64,000 nucleotides of DNA from contig JAJFLQ010000107.1 of the NCBI GenBank assembly GCA_021772615.1, positions 19,924 to 83,923 on the forward strand, read 5' to 3'. The notes under the pieces are model-generated. The model was given only the letters and a program-made list of their open reading frames with translations. It was not told where the DNA came from and made no database searches. Shown piece by piece: positions 55,903 through 64,000 of this stretch; the first letter of the stretch is position 1; each line of letters starts with the position of its first letter. Position numbers and translations under genes: made by a program. Origin of the DNA: Verrucomicrobiota bacterium (GTDB lineage: Bacteria; Verrucomicrobiota; Lentisphaeria; JABSQK01; JAJFLO01).

Positions 55903-57579
55903 ATGAAATCAGTACGGTACGCCCAAATGCCCCACATTCCGATGACGGTCCGAGACTGGCCGTCTGCGACAATAACATCATCTCCAGCGTGGTGTGCTGT
56001 CGACCTTCGCGATGGGAATCAGGCGCTGCCGAACCCGATGACCCCCGAGCAAAAGAAGCAGTATTTCCAATTGCTTGTGGATATCGGTTTCAAAGAGATC
56101 GAGATAGGATTCCCTTCGGCGTCACAGGACGATTATAACTTTTGCCGGGATTTGATCACCGGTGGCCTGATCCCCGATGATGTCACCATTTCCGTGCTCA
56201 CACAGGCGAGATCGCACCTGATAAAGCGCACTATGGATGTGCTGGAAGGGGTACGACAGGCAGTCGTCCATTTCTACCTCGCCACGAGTGAATTGCATTC
56301 ACGATTCGTCTTCGGCCTGAACAACAGTCAATTGATGGAAACCGCCGTGACGTCGACGCGACAGATACGTGACTGCGCCGCGCAGATGGACGGGAGTGTG
56401 ATCGGCCTGGAGTTCTCTCCGGAAGAATTCACAGACACGGATCTCGAGTTCTCGTTGGATATATGCAACGCCGTCGTTGCAGAATGGCGCCCTGTAGACA
56501 ACGAACAGGTGATACTCAATCTGCCGCAAACCGTGGAAAGACGATTTCCGAATCAATACGCTGATATGATTGAGACATTTACGCAACGTCGGGATTTCGC
56601 GGAGAAAACGATAATTTCGGTGCATGTGCACAACGACATGGGCTGTGCCGTCGCAGCGACGATGCAGTCGTTGCTGGCGGGCGCTCACAGGGTCGAAGGG
56701 ACGTTGTTCGGACACGGTGAACGGACCGGCAACGTAGATCTGGTCACAGTCGCGCTGAACCTGGAGTATATGGGTGTGGATACCGGTCTGCACTTTGGCA
56801 ACCTGGGCGACATTGCAGGAACAGTCGAGGATATCACCGAAATCGCGATCCACCCCCGTCATCCCTATGCCGGAGAACTGGTGTTCACCGCATTTTCGGG
56901 CTCGCACCAGGATGCGATACACAAGGGAATTGCACGGAAAGAAGAATTAAGCCGGCACTTCAAGGGCTGGAAGATTCCGTATCTGCACATCGATCCCGGA
57001 GCCGTCGGTCGCGCCTACGAGCGATTCATTCGCATCAACAGCCAGTCCGGTAAGGGTGGCATCGCCCATGTCATGGAAACCGACCACCGCATCGTTCTGC
57101 CGCGCTGGGTGCAAATTGATCTGGCACGCAACGTACAGGCATATGCCGATGAGGTCGCGAAAGAGTTGTCAAGTGAAGAGGTTCGGGAAATTTTCCAGAA
57201 ATCGTATATCGACCATGATCAGTCAATTCGCCTGATCAATTATTGGCCGAGACCGTCGGAGGACGACCCCACCGTGATTGAAGGTGAATTGCACATCGAT
57301 CACGGGGGCGAAAAATTAGTGCTTCAGAGTACGGGAAATGGACCAATATCTGCATTTGTTCACGGATTACGTCAGATTGATGGATTGCCGCGTTTCGTCC
57401 TCGACGAATACAACGAGGAAACGATGGGGCCGTCAGTGGAGGCCGAAGCGATCTGTTTCGTACGATTGCGTACGGAAGATCCTGAGCGGGCGCAAATCGG
57501 CGTCGGAACGGACAAAAATATAGACCAGGCTGCGGCACGCGCCGTGATGGCGGCGCTCAATGCGCTGCTGAAGACGTAA
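55903..57579 (+). CDS. leuA: 2-isopropylmalate synthase (long, LeuA type 2)
   Basis: WCAVDLRDGNQAL, HVHNDMGCAVA, a C-terminal LeuA dimerisation/regulatory domain, and a 558-aa length. Confidence 0.95.
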   Translation: MKSVRYAQMPHIPMTVRDWPSATITSSPAWCAVDLRDGNQALPNPMTPEQKKQYFQLLVDIGFKEIEIGFPSASQDDYNFCRDLITGGLIPDDVTISVLTQARSHLIKRTMDVLEGVRQAVVHFYLATSELHSRFVFGLNNSQLMETAVTSTRQIRDCAAQMDGSVIGLEFSPEEFTDTDLEFSLDICNAVVAEWRPVDNEQVILNLPQTVERRFPNQYADMIETFTQRRDFAEKTIISVHVHNDMGCAVAATMQSLLAGAHRVEGTLFGHGERTGNVDLVTVALNLEYMGVDTGLHFGNLGDIAGTVEDITEIAIHPRHPYAGELVFTAFSGSHQDAIHKGIARKEELSRHFKGWKIPYLHIDPGAVGRAYERFIRINSQSGKGGIAHVMETDHRIVLPRWVQIDLARNVQAYADEVAKELSSEEVREIFQKSYIDHDQSIRLINYWPRPSEDDPTVIEGELHIDHGGEKLVLQSTGNGPISAFVHGLRQIDGLPRFVLDEYNEETMGPSVEAEAICFVRLRTEDPERAQIGVGTDKNIDQAAARAVMAALNALLKT

Positions 57580-57580
57580 T

Positions 57581-58456
57581 ATGCTGAGCATGACTGGCTA
57601 CGGCCATGGAGAGGCGACGGTTGACGGTGTCGAGGTCAATGTCGAGATAAGCTCCTACAACCGCAAGCAAACGGACATCCGAATCCATCTGCCCAAAGAC
57701 TTCCTCGCGCTCGAACGGACATTTCGTGACCGGGTCAGCAAGCGTATCGGCCGGGGCGCTGTCACTGTAAAAACCAGCGTCATGACGAACGACGATAGCG
57801 ACGTCCAGGCGGAAATCGATGTTAATCTGATACGGAATGTTCTCAGGGAATTGCAACGGGTTGGCTCCGAACTGGACGTCGGCGACGATGTGACCCTGCG
57901 CGACATTCTCGCCATTCCCAATCTTGCCATCGTCAAACCACGGAAATTGGACGCAGATAAGATTTCCGAATCGATGTTGACGGCGTTGGGAAGTGCACTG
58001 GAAGACCTGACCGAAATGAAGGTCCGCGAGGGCGCGACGCTGCGCGAAGATTTCGAGTCCCGGATCGCATCATTGTTCGCTATGCACGCCGGCATTTCCG
58101 ATCGCGCGCCAACGGTGCCGGAGACCTATCGGCAGAAACTGCTGTCGCGCCTTGACCGCGTGTTGGATGGTGCGACGCTGGAAGACGAACGGATCCTCAC
58201 CGAAATTGCGCTGTTCGCGGACCGCTGCGATATCAGCGAAGAAATCACACGCATCAGCTCGCATCTAGAACACATGCAACAGGTATTGAACAAGACGTCG
58301 CCAGTCGGTAGAAAACTTGATTTTCTGGTGCAGGAGCTGTTTCGCGAGATCAACACGGTAGGCGCCAAGTGCAACGACCTGGATATCGCCGGCATCGTAA
58401 TTGAATTCAAGACAGAACTCGATCGCATCAGAGAACAGGTACAAAACATCGAATGA
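57581..58456 (+). CDS. yicC: YicC family protein
   Basis: N-terminal SMTGYG signature and the C-terminal DUF1732-like pattern (GRKLDFLVQELFREINTVGAK). Confidence 0.9.
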   Translation: MLSMTGYGHGEATVDGVEVNVEISSYNRKQTDIRIHLPKDFLALERTFRDRVSKRIGRGAVTVKTSVMTNDDSDVQAEIDVNLIRNVLRELQRVGSELDVGDDVTLRDILAIPNLAIVKPRKLDADKISESMLTALGSALEDLTEMKVREGATLREDFESRIASLFAMHAGISDRAPTVPETYRQKLLSRLDRVLDGATLEDERILTEIALFADRCDISEEITRISSHLEHMQQVLNKTSPVGRKLDFLVQELFREINTVGAKCNDLDIAGIVIEFKTELDRIREQVQNIE

Positions 58457-59415
58457 CGGGTCGCAGAGCGAGTGCCGTTATTTCCGCTCAGGAAAGTGCA
58501 CACCGGTTGGACTACTGGCTCGCACGTCGTTTTACGTATCTGTCGCGTCACCAATGGCAACGCCGTATAAGATGTGGATCGATTCTTGTCAACGGGCGGG
58601 CGGGTAAAGCGTCTTTGCGGCTGCGCACCGGTGATACGGTTGAATACAAGATCGCCGCGTACGCAGAACCCGTCGCGGCCATCGCGCATTCCGTTATATA
58701 CGAAGACGATCTCATTCTGCTCCTGGATAAGCCCGCACACCTGCCTTGCCATCCATCCGGGCGATACTTTGCCCGGACGTTATGGTACACATTGTCCGCA
58801 CAGCTCGACACGGTGCGGTTTGTCAACCGACTCGATCGGGAGACATCCGGCCTCGTGCTGGTTGCGAAAACGGCGGTAGCGGCGCGAGAATTAAGCCGGC
58901 AGTTTTCGACCCGCAATGTAAAAAAAGAGTACCTGGTTCTGGTACATGGATCGTTTCCTGAAACAATGACCGCCACCGGATATCTTTCGAACGACCTGCA
59001 AAGCCGGGTGCGTAAGAAGCGCGCGTTCACTACCGCCGATCACAGCAACGGTGAGCATGCGGTGACGCATTTTGCGCGGATTGACGTACAAAACGACGTA
59101 TCTCTGGTGGCCGCAATGCCAGTGACCGGAAGATGTCATCAGATCCGGGCAACGTTGTGTTCTCTCGGATTCCCGGTCGTGGGTGACAAGATTTACGGCG
59201 TCGATGAAGGTGCATACCTGGCGTTTATTGCCGGCGACGACAATGGGCCCGTCGACAGCAGAAACGAACCGTTGTCGCGTCAGGCGCTGCACGCCTACAC
59301 GTTAGAGTTCTGTCATCCGCGATGTCGGAGCCGCCAGACGTTTATCGCACCAATACCAGCCGACTTCCGCACTGTACTCAATACCCTGCAGCTCCAAGCG
59401 CCAATGAGAAATTAA
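58453..59415 (+). CDS. RluA/RluD-family pseudouridine synthase with S4 domain
   Basis: Catalytic motif HRLDRETSGLVLVAK, plus HQIRA. ATGA overlap with yicC. Confidence 0.9.
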   Translation: MTGRRASAVISAQESAHRLDYWLARRFTYLSRHQWQRRIRCGSILVNGRAGKASLRLRTGDTVEYKIAAYAEPVAAIAHSVIYEDDLILLLDKPAHLPCHPSGRYFARTLWYTLSAQLDTVRFVNRLDRETSGLVLVAKTAVAARELSRQFSTRNVKKEYLVLVHGSFPETMTATGYLSNDLQSRVRKKRAFTTADHSNGEHAVTHFARIDVQNDVSLVAAMPVTGRCHQIRATLCSLGFPVVGDKIYGVDEGAYLAFIAGDDNGPVDSRNEPLSRQALHAYTLEFCHPRCRSRQTFIAPIPADFRTVLNTLQLQAPMRN

Positions 59416-60593
59416 TGTATCTGCCGATTCCTTTCATCGTGTTCGGATTTGCCTTTGGCGCCTGTATTGGCAGTTTCCTGAACGTATGCATCTGGCGTAT
59501 ACCAAATGGTCTATCCGTGGTGGCGCCGCCGTCGCATTGCCCGAAATGCCAGTATCAGATACGGTTCCATGAGAACATTCCCATTATCAGCTGGTTTGTT
59601 CTGCGCGGCCGCTGCAGTAAATGCCGGACCCAAATCTCACCGCGCTATGTGGTGGTCGAAGCGATCACGGCTGCCATATTCGCGGCGGCATGGTGGCGAG
59701 TATGGGATATGCAGTGGCCGCCGACGCTGCTGCTGTCCGTCTCGTATCTGGCAGCAACGTCGATTGCGGTATTCCAGATCGATCGCAAGCATTTTATCAT
59801 ACCTAACATATTCACGTTTACCGGACTGGCTGTGGCGACAGTCTGTGCCCTAATTTTTCCCGAGACGCACCTGTACGAGCGCGGCGACACCATCGTTTAC
59901 CACGCGTACTCCTCCGTGTCACGGGCGATCGATCTCGGCGGCTACTCGCCCCGCAAACTGGCACTGATCGATGTGGGCCTTGGCATGTTGGCAGGCGGTG
60001 GCGTGCTAGTCGTATTCCGGGAATTAGGAAAGCGGCTTTGTGGCCGCTACGAATTAACGACGGCGGAACCGCAAACCGTTACCATTGATGCACACGGTCT
60101 GGCGGTGGGAGATGCACCGATGACGCCATGGCCCGCATTGCTTAAACGACGAACAGACAAAGCTGTGATATCCGGCAAGATTCGCAAGGCCGGGCTGCCG
60201 GGAGCGATCGATGTCCCGGCGGACAAGACGGTACATATCCGCGCCGGGCGACATTGCGTGCGAATTGATGGTGTCGAATACAGGATTGAAGACTTGCCGT
60301 CGATCACCATCGCGTCCAGCCGTGTGATTCTGCCGCGCGAGGTGCTGGGCATGGGGGATGTGAAGCTCATGGCAATGATTGGCGCCTTTCTCGGCCCGGC
60401 CGGCGCAATCTTGATCCTTGCCGTATCATCGCTCCTCGGTACAATCGCCGGTGCCCTCGTCGGCATCTGGAGCGTGCTGCATCATCGTCCGGCGCCATTT
60501 CAAGCTCCACTGCCCTATGGGTCATTTATTTCGCTAACAGTCCTGGCTTATATTTTCTTCGGCTATGAAGCTATAATGCTCCTTCAGCGGTGA
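59415..60593 (+). CDS. pilD: prepilin peptidase (A24 family) with a ~100-aa insertion between the catalytic Asp motifs
   Basis: N-terminal GSFLNV plus a CxxC...CxxC domain. First Asp lies in FQIDRKHFIIPN and the second in GMGDVKLMAMIG. TAATG overlap with the upstream gene; the track start at 59322 is rejected. Confidence 0.88.
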   Translation: MYLPIPFIVFGFAFGACIGSFLNVCIWRIPNGLSVVAPPSHCPKCQYQIRFHENIPIISWFVLRGRCSKCRTQISPRYVVVEAITAAIFAAAWWRVWDMQWPPTLLLSVSYLAATSIAVFQIDRKHFIIPNIFTFTGLAVATVCALIFPETHLYERGDTIVYHAYSSVSRAIDLGGYSPRKLALIDVGLGMLAGGGVLVVFRELGKRLCGRYELTTAEPQTVTIDAHGLAVGDAPMTPWPALLKRRTDKAVISGKIRKAGLPGAIDVPADKTVHIRAGRHCVRIDGVEYRIEDLPSITIASSRVILPREVLGMGDVKLMAMIGAFLGPAGAILILAVSSLLGTIAGALVGIWSVLHHRPAPFQAPLPYGSFISLTVLAYIFFGYEAIMLLQR

Positions 60594-60833
60594 TGACACT
60601 GCGGCCACCGCAGCGATACTGGATTCGAATCTTTATTTTCGACCGGAATGACGTCGTTTCAGCGAAAATTAAGTATGGAATCCGATTTGACAACCCGTGT
60701 AACTCACATTAGGTTCACGTACATATATCCGGTGATAAGGGGCGTATTATGTCGCCTCGGATCCAAGTCTGAAAATGACGTGCTGAAGCGATAAACGTCA
60801 GCATACTTCAACCTTGTTTACAGAGGTGTTGCG

Positions 60834-62054
60834 ATGGTAATGGTAAACAGAATTCTGAATATTGTTATTTTTATAGCGGCAATCGTGTCGTTGTTATATG
60901 CGTTTCTGCTTTTCGATCGGAGAACAGAACTGCGTGAACGCGGCGAGAAGCTTGCGGACACGATGGCAGATGTAGTAAAAGACCTCGACCTCAACAGCAA
61001 CACGGCGTACCAGAAGGAAATAAATCGCGATCAATTCACCACTGCCGACGGCGAATCCAAACCGGGCGGAAAGTTGGGATGGGCGTTTTTTCACGAAGCT
61101 TTTGATCCGACCACCAAAACCTTTCCGAAGTTCGACAGCCTCATGCAGGATGTCAAGAAGCAGTCTGCAGACATACGTGAGCAACGGGATATACTCGCCA
61201 ATTCGATCGCGGAGCATGCAAATCTTTTTAACCAGCCGGGAACGGAAGCGACCGCATACCAAGGTATCGACACATATGACGATGCCAAAAAAGCTCTCTT
61301 CGAGAATCTGGAGAAGGTGCGTAAACGTGATGAAGCCATAGCGTCGAAGATTGAGGAGACAGCGAAAAAAATCGGCCATCCGGTGAACAAAGAAACGCTT
61401 ATGGACACCGAGAATTACGACGAGCCGTTGATCAGCTTCGGATTTCAGGTGAATAAATTAAAGGAACAGGCGGTCAACTACGGGGACACACTGGCACAGG
61501 CGGTCGCGAAAATCGATGCCCATGAATTCGAAGCGAATGTTGAAATGATTCGTGACGAGAATGCGTATGTCGCTGAACTGACCGCAATATTGAATGATTT
61601 CGCCAACATCAACGAAAACCTTCGCGACTACGAAAAATACAAAGTCGAATTTCTCGAAACAAAGGATACGCTCGAACGAACGATAGAAGCGCTTGAATCG
61701 GCGAACGAGAATCTGGCGACAATGGAGAACAAGCTGGCGAATCTCGAAGCGGATTACGCCAACCTGAATCAAAAATATCAGAAGATGATCGGCTCGACAG
61801 CGAAAGCGCAGACAAGTGCGCTGAAGAAACTCGCGGGCAAGGTGATCGACGTAAACTACGATTGGAACTACGTGGTTATCAACCTCGGCACTAAAGATAA
61901 CCTTCCTGAAGAACTGGAAATGATTGTGGCGCGCGAACAGGAGTATATCTGCAAGGTATTGATCACAAAAGTGTATCGCGAATACGCCGTAGCTGAAATT
62001 CTTCCGAAGTTCAAAAAAGGCAACGTGATCGAGGGCGACCGTGTTATCTTCTAA
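60834..62054 (+). CDS. membrane-anchored coiled-coil protein with small C-terminal beta-rich domain, unknown function
   Basis: N-terminal TM (ILNIVIFIAAIVSLLYAFLLF), long heptad-rich Glu/Lys/Asn/Ala sequence, and a C-terminal GKVIDVNYDWNYVVINLG...GDRVIF module. Confidence 0.75.
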   Translation: MVMVNRILNIVIFIAAIVSLLYAFLLFDRRTELRERGEKLADTMADVVKDLDLNSNTAYQKEINRDQFTTADGESKPGGKLGWAFFHEAFDPTTKTFPKFDSLMQDVKKQSADIREQRDILANSIAEHANLFNQPGTEATAYQGIDTYDDAKKALFENLEKVRKRDEAIASKIEETAKKIGHPVNKETLMDTENYDEPLISFGFQVNKLKEQAVNYGDTLAQAVAKIDAHEFEANVEMIRDENAYVAELTAILNDFANINENLRDYEKYKVEFLETKDTLERTIEALESANENLATMENKLANLEADYANLNQKYQKMIGSTAKAQTSALKKLAGKVIDVNYDWNYVVINLGTKDNLPEELEMIVAREQEYICKVLITKVYREYAVAEILPKFKKGNVIEGDRVIF

Positions 62055-62166
62055 AGCTACTTTAATAGTCAATATTGTCACGCTTGCGATGTTTGTCGCG
62101 GTTCTCGTGTTTCAGATTACCGAAGCATCGTATTACTCAATTAACTTGCTGGATCTGGTAAAGTAG
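62041..62166 (+). CDS. possible 41-aa single-TM micro-protein (not in the ORF track)
   Basis: The GTG at 62041 overlaps the end of the preceding gene by 14 nt (alternative ATG at 62089). It encodes LIVNIVTLAMFVAVLVFQI. Its stop lies 4 nt before the next ORF. Confidence 0.25.
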   Translation: MLSSKATLIVNIVTLAMFVAVLVFQITEASYYSINLLDLVK

Positions 62167-62170
62167 CAAG

Positions 62171-62368
62171 ATGGCCCCGCATCCCACCAGCTCCTTACAG
62201 AAAACATTGTTCACTGCACTCATCGGCGTGACTATCCTGCTGTTGGCCGCCGCAGGCAGCGGCTGCAAGGTAATTGACGAGAGCAGAGTACAGGACGCTG
62301 ATAGCGACACGATTCCCTGGAACACCCGTGCTGGTTGGGAAGATACGACGATTGGCGTCCCCTATTAG
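62171..62368 (+). CDS. small putative lipoprotein (65 aa)
   Basis: Signal peptide ending LLLAAAGSGC (lipobox-like), followed by an acidic mature part. Confidence 0.5.
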   Translation: MAPHPTSSLQKTLFTALIGVTILLLAAAGSGCKVIDESRVQDADSDTIPWNTRAGWEDTTIGVPY

Positions 62369-62555
62369 CATACCGTCGCTCTGAACCGTTTACATTAATC
62401 TGCGTTATTCACAGACGGCACGAAAAGAATCCGACCCTCTGCCTCGACCGTGCCGTGCCATCTCACCGCGTCCTGTCCTGCCGGCAACAGCCTTTTGGCA
62501 AAATGCCCGTGGCCACCGAGAAAACGCAACACGTCCGTTGAGGTCCGAAACGACC

Positions 62556-63287
62556 ATGATCCCCCGGTCCGAAATGTCTTGTGCTGATCACTTCGGTGGT
62601 ACATGGTATGTCTGGCAGGACCAAGCGCGTTCTGGCGCCGAAAACATGGCTGTGGACGAAAAACTCGCCAGTGTCGCAATGACGACCGACCGTGCACTGT
62701 TGCGCTTCTATGAATGGGAACGCAAAACGATCTCGATAGGATATTTTCAGTCCTGCCGTCCGGAAAAATTTCCCGGGTACGCGTTTGTCCGCAGGCCAAC
62801 CGGCGGCGGTGTGGTCCGGCACGGTCACGATGTGACCTACAGCGTCATCATCCCGCCAAACCACCTTCTGTTTCGTTCCAACCGCGTCGCGTTATACAAG
62901 GAAACCGGCGATATGCTTGTGGCCGCGCTGCAAACCTTGGGATTCGATGCCTCATTGGCTACCGGAGACGTGGAAAAGAGCGAAAATAAAACATGGTCCA
63001 TGTGCTTTCAAACGCCGACAAAGTTCGACGTGATGGTCGGTGATCGCAAGGCCGCCGGTGCTGCCCAAAGACGGCGACCGCAGGGAATACTGCACCAGGG
63101 AAGCATTGATATGAGCGTACTGCCGGCAGTTGATCGCACGCAGGTCCGGACAGCCGTTGTCGAAGCCGCTGCAACGCTGTTTGGTGGCGGCCCGGAAAGG
63201 TTTACGCCTGACACGGATTTCTTTGATGAATCCTACCAACAATTGATGGAGAAATTCAACGATGCGCGGTGGACAACCAGACGGTAA
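62556..63287 (+). CDS. lipoate-protein ligase / octanoyltransferase family protein (BPL_LplA_LipB domain)
   Basis: Pattern LLRFYEWERKTISIGYFQ, RRPTGGGVVRHGHDVTYS, KAAGAAQRR...ILHQGSI. ATG at 62556 is preferred over the TTG at 62538. Confidence 0.85.
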   Translation: MIPRSEMSCADHFGGTWYVWQDQARSGAENMAVDEKLASVAMTTDRALLRFYEWERKTISIGYFQSCRPEKFPGYAFVRRPTGGGVVRHGHDVTYSVIIPPNHLLFRSNRVALYKETGDMLVAALQTLGFDASLATGDVEKSENKTWSMCFQTPTKFDVMVGDRKAAGAAQRRRPQGILHQGSIDMSVLPAVDRTQVRTAVVEAAATLFGGGPERFTPDTDFFDESYQQLMEKFNDARWTTRR

Positions 63288-64000
63288 CAGGACACAGACC
63301 GCAGTCAAACGTGTTCGGATTACGCTGGCGGTGATTGGATTACTGGCACTTATTACCGGGTGCAGTAACGATCACCTGGCATTGAATGAAGACAATTCGT
63401 ACTTCCGGCAAGGCATCACGCTGCGTGAAGACGAAAAATTCGACCAGGCGATCGAGGCGTTTGAACAATGTCTGCATCACAGCCCCGATTCACACGAGGC
63501 GCACTTGCAGCTCGCCCTCATTTACGAAGATCATAAACAGGATTACGCTGAGGCCCTGGTACACTACAAGCGCTACCTTGAGGCCGAAGACGATCCGGAT
63601 GACGTGACGGTTGCCCGGCAATGGTTGACCCGTGCCGAACGGAAGTTTTACCGAAAGCTGGACGTAGTCTATGGATCGCCGGACACCGTAAACGCGCCTC
63701 GACGGGCACCTGCAGATACGCCGGAGAAACGGTTAATGACCGGCGGCGAGTCGGCCAACGCTGCGATGAAGGACGACGACGAGTTGGGATCGCCTGCAGC
63801 CACTACAAAGGCAGCGCGAAAGACACCTGCCGGCCCCTCCTCATCCGACCGGCAGCCGCGCCCGGCCGATGTGAGCACCGCGTCCTTCTATGTCGTGAAG
63901 CACGGTGACACGTTGTCGAAAATAGCACGCGATGTTCTTGGCGACGAAAAACACTGGCAGGCGATTTACGACATCAATCGAAAAATGCTAAAAAGCCCGG
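63262..64000 (+). CDS. lipoprotein with TPR-like region and C-terminal LysM domain (3' partial, runs off the window)
   Basis: The frame is open from the ATG at 63262 to the window end and is absent from the ORF track. It has a lipobox (LALITGC), a TPR-like segment (FDQAIEAFEQCLHHSPDSHEAHLQLALIYED), and the beginning of a LysM domain (YVVKHGDTLSKIARDVLGDEKHWQAIYDINR). Confidence 0.8.
   Translation, partial: MRGGQPDGNRTQTAVKRVRITLAVIGLLALITGCSNDHLALNEDNSYFRQGITLREDEKFDQAIEAFEQCLHHSPDSHEAHLQLALIYEDHKQDYAEALVHYKRYLEAEDDPDDVTVARQWLTRAERKFYRKLDVVYGSPDTVNAPRRAPADTPEKRLMTGGESANAAMKDDDELGSPAATTKAARKTPAGPSSSDRQPRPADVSTASFYVVKHGDTLSKIARDVLGDEKHWQAIYDINRKMLKSP

Noticed and set aside
59322-59414. An N-terminal 31-codon extension of the prepilin peptidase in the track ORF.
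   Set aside because: It overlaps the 3' end of the pseudouridine synthase gene. The ATG at 59415 gives the canonical A24 N-terminus and a TAATG junction.
60621-60631. GGATTCGAATC, which resembles a tRNA T-arm/T-loop consensus.
   Set aside because: I could not build an acceptor stem, D-arm or anticodon arm from the flanking sequence, so it is not a tRNA.
1-64000. A search for CRISPR arrays, IS elements, integrases, prophage genes, rRNA and tRNA.
   Set aside because: I saw no direct-repeat/spacer periodicity, transposase or integrase-like ORFs, terminal inverted repeats, or structured RNA genes in any intergenic region. This was done by eye only, so small ncRNAs could have been missed.

Overview
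The window is 64 kb of gene-dense bacterial chromosome at roughly 55-60% GC by eye. I found no rRNA, tRNA, CRISPR array, transposase or integrase. The gene content suggests a member of the PVC superphylum (Verrucomicrobiota, Lentisphaerota, Kiritimatiellota or Planctomycetota); this is an inference, since no search was run. The supporting features are several prepilin-type proteins with the H-X9-DG tail, many eukaryote-like Ser/Thr kinases (one fused to an FGE-sulfatase domain), and a MoxR/Bat operon. In order, the window holds: (1) a caa3-type cytochrome c oxidase operon with SCO1, a possible ActF-like membrane protein and a polyprenyl synthase (13-6580); (2) an mglA-mglB polarity GTPase module facing a divergent three-gene operon whose first product joins a ComEA-like helix-hairpin-helix domain to a Roadblock/LC7-like domain (6989-12128); (3) a MacB/FtsX-type ABC transporter whose ATPase and permease genes are separated by an opposite-strand, output-less CHASE sensor and a glycosyltransferase remnant (12181-18023); (4) a glycan-modification region with two GT4, one GT8 and three sulfotransferases, interspersed with yjbQ, tag and an HExxH protein pair (18187-29002); (5) five Ser/Thr kinase-like proteins carrying six kinase domains, including two tandem paralogues that lack both the canonical beta3 Lys and the DFG Asp, plus an FprA-like reductase and a KamA-family radical SAM gene (29123-43030); (6) trmL, a pseudopilin, and a MoxR-DUF58-DUF4381-BatA-BatB/C-BatD/E operon (43058-53544); (7) a full-length yeast/plant-type chorismate mutase, a thioredoxin, a second pseudopilin, leuA, yicC, an rluD-like gene, a prepilin peptidase with a large insertion, a coiled-coil protein, small membrane and lipoprotein ORFs, an LplA/LipB-family gene, and a TPR-LysM lipoprotein that runs off the window end and is absent from the ORF track. 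The best candidates for something new are the MglAB-associated HhH/Roadblock operon, the conserved degenerate kinase pair, and the triple-sulfotransferase cluster. All functional calls come from motif recognition by eye. No database or HMM search was run.
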